DNA of 64,000 nucleotides from Octopus vulgaris (lineage: Eukaryota). The stretch spans positions 25,544,001 through 25,608,000 of the forward strand of contig OX597840.1 in the NCBI GenBank assembly GCA_951406725.2, written 5' to 3'. Both the position numbers and the translations under genes were made by a program. Shown here piece by piece: positions 24,845 to 37,812 of the stretch (its first letter is position 1; the number at the start of each line of letters is the position of its first letter). The notes under the pieces are model-generated. The model ran no database searches, had not been told where the DNA came from, and was given only the letters and a program-made list of their open reading frames with translations.

Positions 24845-25074
24845 ATGTGTGTGTGTGTGTGTTTATGTATGTTCTATGTACGTACGTACGTACGTACGTA
24901 TGTATGTATGTATGTATGTATGTATGTATGTATGTATGTATGTATGTATGTATGTATGTATGTATGTATGTATGTATGTATGTATGTATGTATGTATGTA
25001 TGTATGTATGTATGTATGTACGTACGTACGTACGTACGTACGTACGTACGTATGTATGTATGTATGTATGTATG

Positions 25075-25113
<39 letters not shown>

Positions 25114-25918
25114 ATGTATGTATGTATGTATGTATGTGTGTATATATATACATGTATAATACATATGCATATGTATGCATATATTATTATGCTATAGACA
25201 TACTCATATACGCACACACACACACAAACATACATGCATACATACATACATACATACATACATACATACATACATACATACATACATACATACATACATA
25301 CATACACACATACATACATACATACATTATGGCTGCCCCCCTCGTTATCGAGTATGGCCATTGCACGAAGCTTAACTGTTACTGGTGCTGTGATCGAATG
25401 TGACTTTTTAGCCCAGCTAAAGATCTACAATGTCTTGTACAGAATTGGCCGCTAAAACCTTTACCGGTAATAGCCGGCTGTAGTTGTAACTGGGCTTCAT
25501 GTACCTTTGCATGTCGTTTAAGTCCTCCTACCGAATTACACTCTCTTCCACATGCCCGACAGATATGATTAGTATGGTGTGTTACACCACCACCAGCGGC
25601 CAGGTTGTCACTCATCTGTCTCGCTTTATGACTACGAAGATGACTCATGAGTCCAGCTTTACTGAGGCAGGGTCTTGCACAGACATTGCATGTCAGAATC
25701 AAAGGAAGACCCTTCCCTTCTGGAAATGTAACAGCGATGCCCTTCCTAACATCCCTCCTTACTTTCTCATGTGCAACTCGAGATTTCTCAAAAGTGGCTG
25801 TCCCTTCATGCACAACCCTTCTCCACCTTCAATACATACATACATACATACGTACATACATACATACATACATAAATACATACATATATATAGATACATA
25901 CATACGTACATACATACA

Positions 25919-25954
<36 letters not shown>

Positions 25955-26616
25955 TTATGGCTGCCCCCTCGTTATCGCGTATGGCCATTGCACGAAGCTT
26001 AACTGTTATTGGTGCTGTAATCGAATGTGACTTTGTAGCCCAGCCAAAGATCTACAATGTCTTGTACATAATTGGCACCTAAAGCCTTTTACCGGTAATA
26101 GCCGGCTGTAGTTGTAACTGGGCTTCATGTACCTTTGCATGTCGTTTAAGTCCTCCTGCCGAATTACACTCTCTTCCACATGCCCGACAGATATGATTAG
26201 TATGGTGTGTTACACCACCACCAGCGGCCAGGTTGTCACTCATCTGTCTCGCTTTATGACTACGAAGATGACTCTTGAGTCCAGCTTTACTGAGGCAGGG
26301 TCTTGCACAGACATTGCATGTCAGAATCAAAGGAAGACCCTTCCCTTCTGGAAATGTAACAGCGATGCCCTTCCTAACATCCCTCCTTACTTTCTCATGT
26401 GCAACTCGAGATTTCTCAAAAGTGGCTGTCCCTTCATGCACAACCCTTCTCCACCTTCAATACATACATACACAGATACGTACATACATACATACATACA
26501 TAAATACATACATATATATAGATACATACATACGTACATACATACATGCATGCATACATACATACACACATGCATACACATACATACATACATACATACA
26601 TACATACATACATACA

Positions 26617-26652
<36 letters not shown>

Positions 26653-27510
26653 TTATGGCTGTCCCCTCGTTATCGCGTATGGCCATTGCACGAAGCTTAA
26701 CTGTTACTGGTGCTGTAATCGAATGTGACTTTTTAGCCCAGCCAAAGATCTACAATGTCTTGTACAGAATTGGCCGCTAAAACCTTTACCGGTAATAGCC
26801 GGCTGTAGTTGTAACTGGGCTTCATGTACCTTTGCATGTCGTTTTAGTCCTCCTGCCGAATTACACTCTCTTCCACATGCCCGACAGATATGATTAGTAT
26901 GGTGTGTTACACCACCCCCAGTGGCCAGGTTGTCACTCATCTGTCTCGTTTTATGACTACGAAGTCTATTCCTGTATGTATGTATGTATGCATGCATGTA
27001 TGTGCGTATATGAGTATGTCTATAACAATAATATATGCATACATATGCATATATATTATATATTTATATATGTATACACCCATACCTACATACATACATA
27101 CCCATACATGCATGCATACGTACATACATACATGCATGCATGCATGCATACATACATGCATGCATACATTCATACATACATACATACATACCTACATACA
27201 TACATGCATACATGCATACACACCCATACATACATGCATACACACCCATACATGCATGCATACGTACATACATACATACATACATACATACATACATACA
27301 TACATACATACATACATTCATACATACATGCATACATACATACATACATGCATGCATACACACCCATACATGCATGCATACGTACATACATGCATTCATA
27401 CATACATGCATACATACATACATACATGCATGCATACATACATACATACATACCCATACATGCATGCATACGTACATACATACATGCATGCATACACACA
27501 AACGCATACA
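24845..27510. repeat. (TATG)n/(CATA)n block containing three tandem RTE-like LINE 3' ends (minus; 25327-25832, 25955-26462, 26652-26965)
   Basis: EGTATFE...TCNVCARPCLSKAGLxSHLRSH...CRACGRECNS.GGLKRHAKVH units separated by CATA microsatellite. Confidence 0.8.
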
Positions 27511-28327
27511 CATGTCATATGTGTGTATTGAATAAATTTGAATAATTGTGTGTATGTGTGTGTGCATTTGCGTGTGTGTTTGTGAGTGTGTGTGCGCGCG
27601 CGCGCGACAGAAAGACAGACAGAGAATGAGATTGAAGCATCTACTTTCTAATCCAAAGTAATATAATTGTTTCCATATTGTGTTTATGACGTCACAATAT
27701 CGTTGACGTTTTTTTTTTTTTTTTTCGTGAGATTTGGTTTGAAAACTCTTCAGTCTCTTTCAACCTTTCTCGGTGATTAGAGGCTAGAGAATGTGTGCGC
27801 CAGGGGGCGTACCCAGACATCTGAAGACTAGGGTGAAGTAACAGACATCTTCAGCTTGTTTTTGATGTTTGTGAGGTTGTTTTATGCACCTTTGAGTTCT
27901 TAAGCACCCAATCTAACATGCTGGTTGGTAGCATAACATAGTGACAAGGTTTCCGGTAGCATTCCTGTACCCGGATGAACTGTTAACCAGGCCATTTCGG
28001 GAGAGAAAACCTGGGGGTTCCAACCAGAAACATATACCTCACTCGCAATACATTCAATAATATATTTTATTATAAATAGTGAGAAAGTAAAGAATGTGAC
28101 GTTAAAGATGATGGAAACGAAATACTGCTTCCTCAAGTTATAATCATTCGTGTGTCAAGAAAATATACTTATAAACATGGTAAGTATTTAAATGAATATA
28201 AAAAATATTGTCTGTTGCTATTAAACTGTTTGAAGATCTTTTTAAGAGATTTTTTTTATAGTAAAGCAAAATAAATTCTTCATTAGATGTTCGATATTCT
28301 GCTTAAACACTATTTTTTGTTCCTTCT

Positions 28328-28461
28328 CGAGTCATGCCTGGCTCATGAGGGTCGGTTTCCCTCTTTCATTGGCGTATAGGTTCCCTACCTGGACAGGATA
28401 CCGGTCCCTCGCATGTGAGCTGCTAGATGCAGGAGGAAAGTGTGAGAGGAAGTTGTGGTGA
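28328..28461 (-). mobile_element. Probable 3' part of a family-C SINE whose head lies at 36958-37045
   Basis: Ends GTTGTGGTGA, matching GTGGTGA in the family C copy near 11977; overlap is short. Confidence 0.5.
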
Positions 28462-28554
28462 CGGCTTACCCCTTCCGCTTGCCTCAGCTTCCGGTCAACG
28501 CACCCCGCTGGCTGACGTCCTGCTGCTGACGTCATCCCACACGCCACCCTGATC

Positions 28555-31424
28555 TTAAAGATCACAATCTCTCCGCTCCATGTTGTAGTCTACCATCCAA
28601 CCGGGAGAACGCCTTGCTCGTCGAGATCTTCTCAAGCTGGGCTCCTCACTCTCCCCCTCTCCCGAATCATCGTCCGTCGAAGCAACAATCCTGCGAAGGT
28701 CCAAGACATGTCGTGGTGTGCCATCTACGGATACGTTGCTTCTGGAATTGATCGCCGTCACCGTTCCTCTGCTCCATTGAGACGTACAGCGCGCCTTTGG
28801 TGGCTTGATCCAGACTTCCTCCCCTATTTTCACGCGAACGGGTCCCTTCTCTTCCTCGTGACCCTCCGGCGCTTTGCTCGGGTGCCTCCATTCATATTTG
28901 AACACAGCTCTCTGCGGCACAGATTCCTCAGCCTGTCCGGATCGGGGAGACAAGTTGTCCAAAAAACTGCTTCAAGCGGCGAAATGTGCCCTCTTTCCGC
29001 TATGGCCTTGACTGTCCGATGGTGCCTCTCCACGATCCCGTTACCGCCCGGCCTATACGCTGCTCTGAACAAGCGTCGCACGTTCCACCGATCAAGCATA
29101 ACCCTCAATGCTTCCGAACGAAACGCCGCCCCGTTGTCCATCAGTAGTTCTTCCACGGGACCTCTCTCCAAAAATATCCCGTTCAGGATCTGCACGATCT
29201 CGTCAGCAATGCCCGATCTCAACTCCCTCCAAATGGCCAGCCGGCCCGGCCCACAGTCGACCATGGAGAGGTACATTCGCTGACGGTAGTGTGTCACATC
29301 CACAGCTAGCCTTTTCCAGTTCTGCTCCACGGAAAGGCTTCCCTGTTCATGCCCACACGGAGCAGGGTCGATGGACTGACACCTGTCGCAGCTCCCGACC
29401 ACCTTCCGGACGCTTCTCCTGGTCACGTCAGCATCAATCTTTTTTGCCAGATACAGGGTCCTGTCCACACCCAGGTGATGCATAGCGTGCAGTTTCTTCA
29501 GTTCAGAGTCATCCAACCGACACGCCGCAGCTATCCCTTTCCGGGCCTCCTCCGGTTCTTCCAACCACGCCCTTTTCACCCTGGTCAGTACGTCCGCCTT
29601 GTTTTTCTCCGAAGGCACGAAGACCACGTTCAGCTTCAGTCCGAATTCGGCGATCAATTCACCTAGAACTCCTAGACGGCGCTTCACTAACATCTCCGCA
29701 GCACCTTTCGTCCGCACTCTCCTGTCACCGGTGATCACCGATCCTACCCAGCCAAGCACAGTGGCCGAATCCGTCCGCATTTCAATCGTGCGCAGACCCC
29801 ATTTCAAGGCCAAGTTCACCCCTTTCAGCAGCGCGTCTAATTCGGCGACATTGATGTGGTTGAAATCATCTGCTTTCCGAAGCTAGGCCGCGTCCTCCAC
29901 CGCAGTGCCTTCGATTGCCAACACCACCCCTATCGCTATACTGCTAGCATCACACCAGACGGTCCCGCATTTCGTCTTGGGCACATACCAGTTCCCCCTG
30001 ACCGGGTCTTCCGCTCTTGTCCTCTCTAGGATCTCCTGCATCATCGCCACCGTCCCTTCTCCCACCTTGTCGCCCCACCTCTCTCCTTCTGCTCGTCTCT
30101 TGGTGTAACTACACGCCGTGCGCAGCCATCCAGCGATCGGGTAGTGACCGACCAACTTCCCACACACCGAGAACAGCTCTCTCCTGCTGACGCTGGAACT
30201 CAGCTCTGGGATTTCATTTCCTCTCCAGAACACCAATTCACCTGATCTATCTCTTCGCAGCTTCAGCCCCAGCGCGGCTCCCCCTTCAATCGACTCCGGT
30301 GGCTTAGCAACCAGTTCGAACTTCTCCAGATGTCTCACTACCTCGTCGGCTGGCACTACAGTTTCGTCCACCAAAATGTCGTCAATGTAGGAGCTGGTGG
30401 CCTTCCTAATCTTGCCGTCTTTCCCTAGGACGGACCTAAGCACTGCCGCCATGATCTTCGGAGCGGAATTCAGCCCGAAACCCAGCCTGGTTAGACAGTA
30501 CGTCCGGCCCTTGTACCGCACCAGCTGATATCGCCATAGTTTGTCGCTCACATGGAGCTGCAAGTATGCCGATCTCAAGTCGACAATCGTCGCTGCCTCA
30601 GTCGACTGTCTCCACTTACGTAATGCCTCACCACAAACGTCTGTCGCCTCACCTCCCGTGTGACACGATATGTGCTGGTTTAGCTCCCTGAAGTCCAGCA
30701 CCGGTCTGACTTTTCCCTTCGTAGGCTGCACCACCGCCATCAGGGGTAGCACTCCGCCCGCTACCTCCTCCTTCCAAGGGACAAGGACCCCTTCCTCGAT
30801 CCACCTCTCCACCTCGTCTTCAAACCCAACCCTGGCGTGGCCTTTCAGGGTATGCTGGTAACAGCTCACCCTGTTCTCCAGTGTCGGGGGCTCGTCCTTC
30901 CATTTCCACTCTATCGTCCACCGCTGACCATCGAACGCCGTCTGGAAGTCTTTGTCCTCGATGGTGTAAGCGGCGCAGTCCCTCGTGGGGCTCTGCTCCC
31001 TCTGGCGATCCTGACTCGCAGTGCACGACGCCCCCACGCTTCCGAACGTGACCTCATTTCCCACAACACTGACGCCACCGAGGCAGTTGATGGCGTCCAT
31101 CCCCATCACCACATCAACTCCATTTATCACGCGTTCGGCCACAATTGCCTGTAGCCTTAGCGTCGCGCCGCGCACCACTATCTCTACCTTGCTGCTGCCT
31201 CTGCAACGGATTTCGCTGCCGTCGACCGCCCGGACACTACACACCCCGTTCCATTCCTTCGTCACCCTCGAAGTCACCAGGGTGGTCGTACAGCCCGTAT
31301 CCACAAGGGCCTTGAACGTCTCCCCCTCGGCCTCCACGTCAATCAATGGCAGCGTCTCCAATAGCGCCTCTACTCGTTTGAGGGGAAAGTTCGAGAGGCA
31401 GCAACTTCCCCGCGGTCGTTTCCC
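28555..31424 (-). pseudogene. pol: G1 Pol with one TAG (29883-29885) and one frameshift (~28960)
   Basis: LVDTGC protease, YIDD RT, WCDAS/AEL/TDS RNase H, HH-CC and D,D,E integrase motifs. Confidence 0.93.
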
Positions 31425-32134
31425 CGGCCGCAATCACGGGCAATGTGCCCTGTCTGCCTGCATCGATAGCAAACGGGCCCCGGCTGCGTACAGTCCCGCG
31501 CCATGTGCGGTCCCTGGCATCTAAAACACCGTCCTGAGAACGGCCGCTCTCGTTGCACGGTGGGCTTCTGTACCTCTTTCTCGGGACGTCGTCCGTCTTT
31601 ACGCGCCTCCGTCACCGCCATCGCTATCGCCTTCCGCCCAGAGTGTCTCGTCAACGCGCGAGCATGAGTTACAAGTTCGCTCAATGGCATCTTTTTGACC
31701 CCGGGCAGTCGTTGTAGATGAATCCCTACATCGTCGGGGAACCCATTCACGAACGCCAGTCGGGCTGCTCTCTCCAGTTCTTCTCCGGCAAACCCGGCCA
31801 GAGTCGCTAGCCTTCTAGCTTCCGATGCAAAATCATCCACCTGGCCTCCCGTCCACCTGATTGCACCTAGCTTAGCGAAAGCTGTGTACTCGCATTCCGT
31901 GTATGCGTCACACAAGCGCCGCTCTATATTCTCATCGCAGAGCCGTTCTTCGACATCCATCTCTAGGTAAAGCGACAACGCACTCCCTTCCAAATACAGC
32001 GCCATAAGACTCGCCACGTCGCTTATGCCCTGCAGTTTCGCCACCAGCCTGATTTTCTGAATCCAGGACACTACATCGCCTTCGCCGTTAAAAGGTCTGA
32101 CGACGTCACTGGCGATCCTAATTTTTGCAGACAT
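31370..32134 (-). CDS. gag: G1 Gag, two CCHC knuckles
   Basis: CFRCQGPHMARDC, CYRCRQTGHIARDC. Confidence 0.93.
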   Translation of the reverse strand: MSAKIRIASDVVRPFNGEGDVVSWIQKIRLVAKLQGISDVASLMALYLEGSALSLYLEMDVEERLCDENIERRLCDAYTECEYTAFAKLGAIRWTGGQVDDFASEARRLATLAGFAGEELERAARLAFVNGFPDDVGIHLQRLPGVKKMPLSELVTHARALTRHSGRKAIAMAVTEARKDGRRPEKEVQKPTVQRERPFSGRCFRCQGPHMARDCTQPGPVCYRCRQTGHIARDCGRGNDRGEVAASRTFPSNE

Positions 32135-32472
32135 CGTGTTGAAAAAAATGTGAATGTTTACGAACTGCCGAAATAGCTTGTAGTAAGTGTATGCGATTTG
32201 AATATAGAGGCACCTACCTTCTCTTCGTGGTGACGGAGATCCTCCCGAGATGGCTGGTCCTTCCTCACAGCCCCTACCCGAAAACTAACGATAGCAGCTG
32301 CTAGCCCCAAACCCTTTAGCGACTTCCTCGGACGTCTTGTCACCAGCACAACCCACGTTGGAAAGGTCAACTTCCGCCCCCTGCGCGCGCTTGACGGCTG
32401 ACCCCTTCCGCTTGCCCCAGCTTCCGGTCAACGCACCGCTGGCTGACGTCCTGCTGCTGACGTCATCTCACA

Positions 32473-35400
32473 GGAGAGTCGCTAGAACGGACGATTAGGT
32501 TAGCGTTCGTGACCGGCATTCCCGACATCATGTCGGGCAAGCTACAGAAGCTCCCGAACGTGCGTTCGATGCCGATGGCCGATATCATGTCGCGGGCACG
32601 TGTACTGGTTTCGTGCAGCAGATTGACGTCGGTAGCAGCGACTGTAACGTCGAAAAGTGGCCCAGCTAGGAGCAGCGGAGAGGGGCTGAGGAAGGAACGT
32701 GTGCGACTGTTCATAGGACAGTGTTTCCGGTGCCAAGGTCCACACATGGTCCGTGACTGCGCGTCGCCCAAGCCTGAGGTGATTTGCTACCGGTGTCGAG
32801 AGCCAGGGCATGTAGCCAGCGAGTGTCTGCGGGGAAACGGACCGCGGTAGACTACTGCGCCGGTAGTCGTCCCTTTGGATTAGTAGCGGCGCGTTTATCA
32901 TCGCTACCTGTGGTCGACATTCTGGTGAAGGGGAAGATGTCGCGAGCCCTGGTGGACACGGGCTGTACAACGACCCTGATGACAACGGAAGTGGCATCCG
33001 CCAGAATGTCGTCGATGTATGAATTGGTGGCCCTTTTTACTCTGTCCACCTTCCCCAGGATGGCCTTCAGAATTGTTGCCATAATCTTCGGCGCTGAATT
33101 CAGCCCGAATCCCAACCTGATCAGACAGTACGTCCGGCCCCTATACCTGACGAGCTGGTACTTCCATAATTTCTCAGCCACATGCACCTGTAGGTATGCC
33201 GACTTCAAATCGACAATCGTGGAGGCCCCCGTCGTCTGCCTCCACTCTCGCAAGGTGTCTCCGCAGACATCCGTGGCCTCGCCGCCTGTATGACACGAAC
33301 GTGGTCATTCAGCTCTCGGAAGTCAAGCACTGGCCTGACCTTATGCTTTGTGGGCTGTATCACCGCCATCAGTGGCAGGACTCCGCTCTCTTCTTTTTCC
33401 CAAGGGATCAGTATGCCCTCCTTAATCCACCGCTCCACTTCCCCCTCGAACTCACTTCTGGCATCACCTTTTAGAGTATGCTGATAGCAGCCCACTTTAT
33501 TCTTTAACATCGGGGGCTCTCCCTTCCAGTGCCACTCCACTGTCCACCTCTTGCCATCAAAGACAGCCCGAAAATTCTGGTCTTCAATGGTGTGCGCCGC
33601 ATCCTTTTCCTCGCGGTTGTCGTCGGTGCACGGTCTCGCCCTACACGGTTTCCCCGCTAACCCAAACGTTACGCATGCCTCGTTGACGGTGACACCTCCC
33701 AAGCGGGTGATTGCATCCATCCCCATCACCACGTCAATCTCGTCCACCAAGTAACCAACCACAATTGCTCGCAACGTCAGCTGTAGTCCCTGCACCACAA
33801 TCTGCGCATCCGTAACCCCTTCGCAGTACACTTCTCTTCCGTCGACTGCCCTAACACTGCTTCCTCCACTCCACGTGCACTTCGCAGTGCACTTCTCTTC
33901 CGTCGACTGCCCTAACACTGCTCCCTCCACTCCACGTGGAGTGGAGGAAGCAGTGTTAGGGCAGTCGACGGAAGAGAAGTGCACTGTGAAGGGGTTACGG
34001 ATGCGCAGATTGTGGTGCAGGGACTACAGCTGACGTTGCGAGCAATTGTGGTTGGTCACTTGGTGGACGAGATTGACGTGGTGATGGGGATGGATGCAAT
34101 CACCCACTTGGGAGGTGTCACCGTCAACGAGGCTGGCGTAACGTTTGGGTTAGCGGGGAAGCCGTGTAGGGCGAGACCGTGTACCGACGACAACCGTGAG
34201 GAAAAGGATGCGGCGCACACCATTGAAGACCAGGATTTTCGGGCTGTCTTTGATGGCAAGAGGTGGACAGTGGAGTGGCACTGGATGGGAGAGCCCCCGA
34301 TGTTAAAGAATAAAGTGGGCTGCTATCAGCATACTCTAAAAGGAGATGCCAGAAGTGAGTTCGAGGGGGAAGTGGAGCGGTGGATTAAGGAGGGCATACT
34401 GATCCCTTGGGAAAAAGAAGAGAGCGGAGTCCTGCCACTGATGGCGGTGATACAGCCCACAAAGCGTAAGGTCAGGCCAGTGCTCGACTTCCGAGAGCTG
34501 AATGACCACGTGTTGTGTCATACAGGCGGCGAGGCCACGGATGTCTGCGGAGACACCTTGCGAGAGTGGAGGCAGACGACGGGGGCCTCCACGATTGTCG
34601 ATTTGAAGTCGGCATACCTTCAGGTGCATGTGGCTGAGAAATTATGGAAGTACCAGCTCGTCAGGTATAGGGGCCGGACGTACTGTCTGGGATTCGGGCT
34701 GAATTCAGCGCCGAAGATTATGGCAACAATTCTCAAGGCCATCCTGGGGAAGGTGGACAGAGTAAAAAGGGCCACCAATTCATACATCGACGACATTCTG
34801 GTGGATGAAACCGTGATACCAGCAACGGAGGTCATAGGCCACCTGAAGAGTTTTGGACTGATCGCCAAGCCGCCAGAGGCTATGGAGGGAGGTGCTGCAC
34901 TGGGCCTCAAGCTATGGAGAGACAAGGCCGGCGCCTTGGTGTTCCGGCGAGCGAATGAGGTCCCTGAACTGGGCGCCAGCATGAGTAGACGGGAACTGTT
35001 CTCTGTGTGTGGGAAGCTGGTGGGACACTACCCGATTGCAGGCTGGCTCCAGATAGCATGTAGCTTCATCAAGAGACGAGCCGAAGGAGTGAAGTGGAAT
35101 GATAAAGTGGGGGAGAGGACAATCGACATGATGCAGGAAGTCTTGGTCAGAGTAGGAGCAGAGGACCCAGTGAGGGGCAGCTGGTATGTTCCCAAATCAA
35201 AGAGCGGGATCGTATGGTGTGACGCCAGTAGCATCGCAATAGGGGTTGTCTTGGAAGTGGGAGGTGTCACGGTGGAAGATGCGGCCTGGCTCAGGAAGAT
35301 GGATGACTGCAATCACATCAACGTGGCGGAGTTGGAACCGTGCTGAAGGGGGGTGAACCTAGCCTTGAAGTGGGGGTTGCACACCATAGAAATCAGGACT

Positions 35401-36957
35401 GATTCGGCCACTGTACTTTATTGGGCAACAGCCGTCATCACCGATGAGAGGAGGGTGCGGACCAAAGGGGCTGCAGAGATGCTGGTAAAGCGTCGATTAG
35501 GAATACTGCGTGAACTAACCACTGAGTTCAATCTGGAGCTGAGCGTGATCTTTGTGCCTTCCGAGAAGAACAGGGCAGACGTCCTGATCGGGGTAAAGCG
35601 AGCCTGGTTGCAGGTGCCAGAGGATGCGAAGCAGGCTGTAGCTGCAGTATGCCGTCTGAGCGACTCGGAGTTACGGAGAATACACACCATACATCACATG
35701 GGTGTGGACAGGACATTGTTCCTAGCCAGAAAAGTTGACTCCGACGTAACAAGACAGAGCGTGCAGAGAGTGGTTAGCAGTTGTGACAGGTGCCAGTCTA
35801 TCGACCCTGCTCCGGTCGTGCATGAAGCGGGAAGTATTCCAGTGGACCAGGACTGGAGACGACTGGCGGTGGACATAACACACTACAGGCAGGGGACATA
35901 CCTCTCAATGGTTGACTGCGGACCGGGGCGGATGAAGGGAGATGAAGTCGGGGACCGCAGAAGAAATTGTGAAAGTGTTGAATGAGATATTCCTGGAACG
36001 AGGCCCCGTGGATGAACTGCTTCTGGACAACGGCACTACATTTCGCTCGGATGTGCTGAGAGAAATGCTTGATGAGTGGAAGGTCAACCGCTTCTTCAGG
36101 GCGGCATACCGGCCAAGTGGAAACGGGGTGGTGGAAAGGCATCATCGTACCATCAAGGCCATGGCAGAGAGTGGTCACATTTCACCAGTCGAGGCCGTGT
36201 TTTGGTACAATATGTCGCCCAGATCAGGACAGGCTGAGGAGTCGGTGCCACACAGGGCAATATTCAGGTACGAGTGGAGGCATCCGTGTACTACATCAAT
36301 GCGACCCGGGGCAGAGGAAGAGCACGCCTTCGTGCAGGTCGGGGAGGAAGTCTGGGTAAAACCCCCAAACGCACGGTGTACATAGCAATGGGGAAAGGGG
36401 ACAATAACCTCCGTAAATTCAAAGAATAACATCTCGGTCGATGGTATGCCACGCCACGTTTTGGACATACGGAGGATTGTCCATGCCCCAGAGGATGGGG
36501 CCAGCAGCAGTGGGCAAGACGAAAACAACAGACAGGATGACGAGGTCGGCAGCAACACGCCAGGAACAAGTCCTAGGGTCGCACTGCCACCACAGAGGGA
36601 GCGGCACCCTCCTCCCTGGTTGGCTGATTATGAAACCAGTTTCAGGTGTGGGAGTGAGTGAGGAAGCCGGTTCAGTGATCTGTAGATCAGGGGGCGTGTG
36701 GTGTGTGGTGAAGGAGTGTGACGGATGGGGGAGAGCGGAAGTGGGGCTTGCAGGGCTTGCAGGGCGCATGCGCCGGAGGAAGCGGAAGTGACAGGCAGAA
36801 CGCACGTGCGGCATTCAGGAGTTGCGGCAGACAGGACGAAGGGACCAGACGAGCGAGTTGGCTAAAAGCGATCCAAGTTCATCTCCGACGAGGTAAGACC
36901 CAATTACATTTCCATTCTCCCTTTTTCTGTTGTACTCTTTTCACCGTTCACACTACA
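32473..36957 (+). mobile_element. Gypsy family G2 copy A, 5'-truncated, with internal inverted duplication (32995-34807); 3' LTR 36697-36957
   Basis: Starts mid-gag against the G1 LTR; pol fragments 33979-35346, 35353-35985, 35942-36385. Confidence 0.93.
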
Positions 36958-37045
36958 CACACACATCCCCCGGTCTGAGATTCGAACCCGCGAATTCTCG
37001 ACCGCGAGTCCGCTGTTCTAACCACTAAGTTATGTGCCTCCACTA
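36958..37045 (-). mobile_element. SINE family C head
   Basis: Matches 12060-12144. Confidence 0.75.
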
Positions 37046-37110
37046 TTCCGCTTATACTTACCACTATTGTTGCAATCATAAGAACACATAAAACATTGGT
37101 TGCAAATGTG

Positions 37111-37157
<47 letters not shown>

Positions 37158-37584
37158 CTTGTGAGTGTGTATGTGTGCGTGTGTGTTTGTTTGATGTGTG
37201 TGCGTGAGTGCGTATGTTTGTTGTTAGTGTGTGTATGTGTGTGTGTGTTTGTTGTGAGTGAATATATGTGTGCGTGTGTGTTTGTGTTTGTGCTTGATGT
37301 GTGTGTGTGTATGTGTGCGTGAGTGTGTGTGTGTTTGTTGTGAGTGTGTATGTGTGCGTGTGTGTTTGTGCTTGTGTGTGTGTAGATGTGTGTATCTATT
37401 GGTCTCCTTCAGTCATTCTCTATCTCTCTGTCTTCATCATCCCGCCAGACACGCATTTTGAGTCAATCTACGAACGTGTGTTTGATTGCTGTGTGTGTCA
37501 GTGTGTCACTGTGTGTATGCATGCGAGCTCGCAGGCGCGTTTTTTTGCGTCTGCTTCTGTGCATGTGCGTAGACTACCAAGATG

Positions 37585-37812
37585 ATGTGCGGGGCAGAAA
37601 CGTTAGCACGCCGGGCGAAATGCATATCCGTATTTCGTCTGCCGTTACGTTCTGAGTTTAAATTCCACCGAGGTCGACTTTGCCTTTCATCCTTTCGGGG
37701 TCGATAAATTAAGTACCAGTTACGCACTGGGGTCGACAAAATCGACTTAATCCGTTTGTCTGTCCTTGTTTGTCCCCTCTGTGTTTAGCCCCTTATGGGT
37801 AGTAAAGAAATG
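37585..37812 (+). mobile_element. SINE family A monomer
   Basis: Family A body and tail. Confidence 0.85.

Larger units (their letters stand above)
28461..32472 (-). mobile_element. Ty3/Gypsy LTR retrotransposon family G1; 5' LTR 32179-32472, 3' LTR truncated (28461-28541)
   Basis: TG...CA LTR; gag then PR-RT-RH-IN order; PPT-position motif AGATCAGGGTGGCG. Confidence 0.95.

Noticed and set aside
25379-26441. Host C2H2 zinc-finger genes
   Set aside because: No TGEKP linkers; context is a truncated LINE ORF2 C-terminus with microsatellite tail
24756-27567. Long MYVC/HTYI ORFs (also 49570-52120 and 54168-63951)
   Set aside because: Translations of stop-free microsatellites
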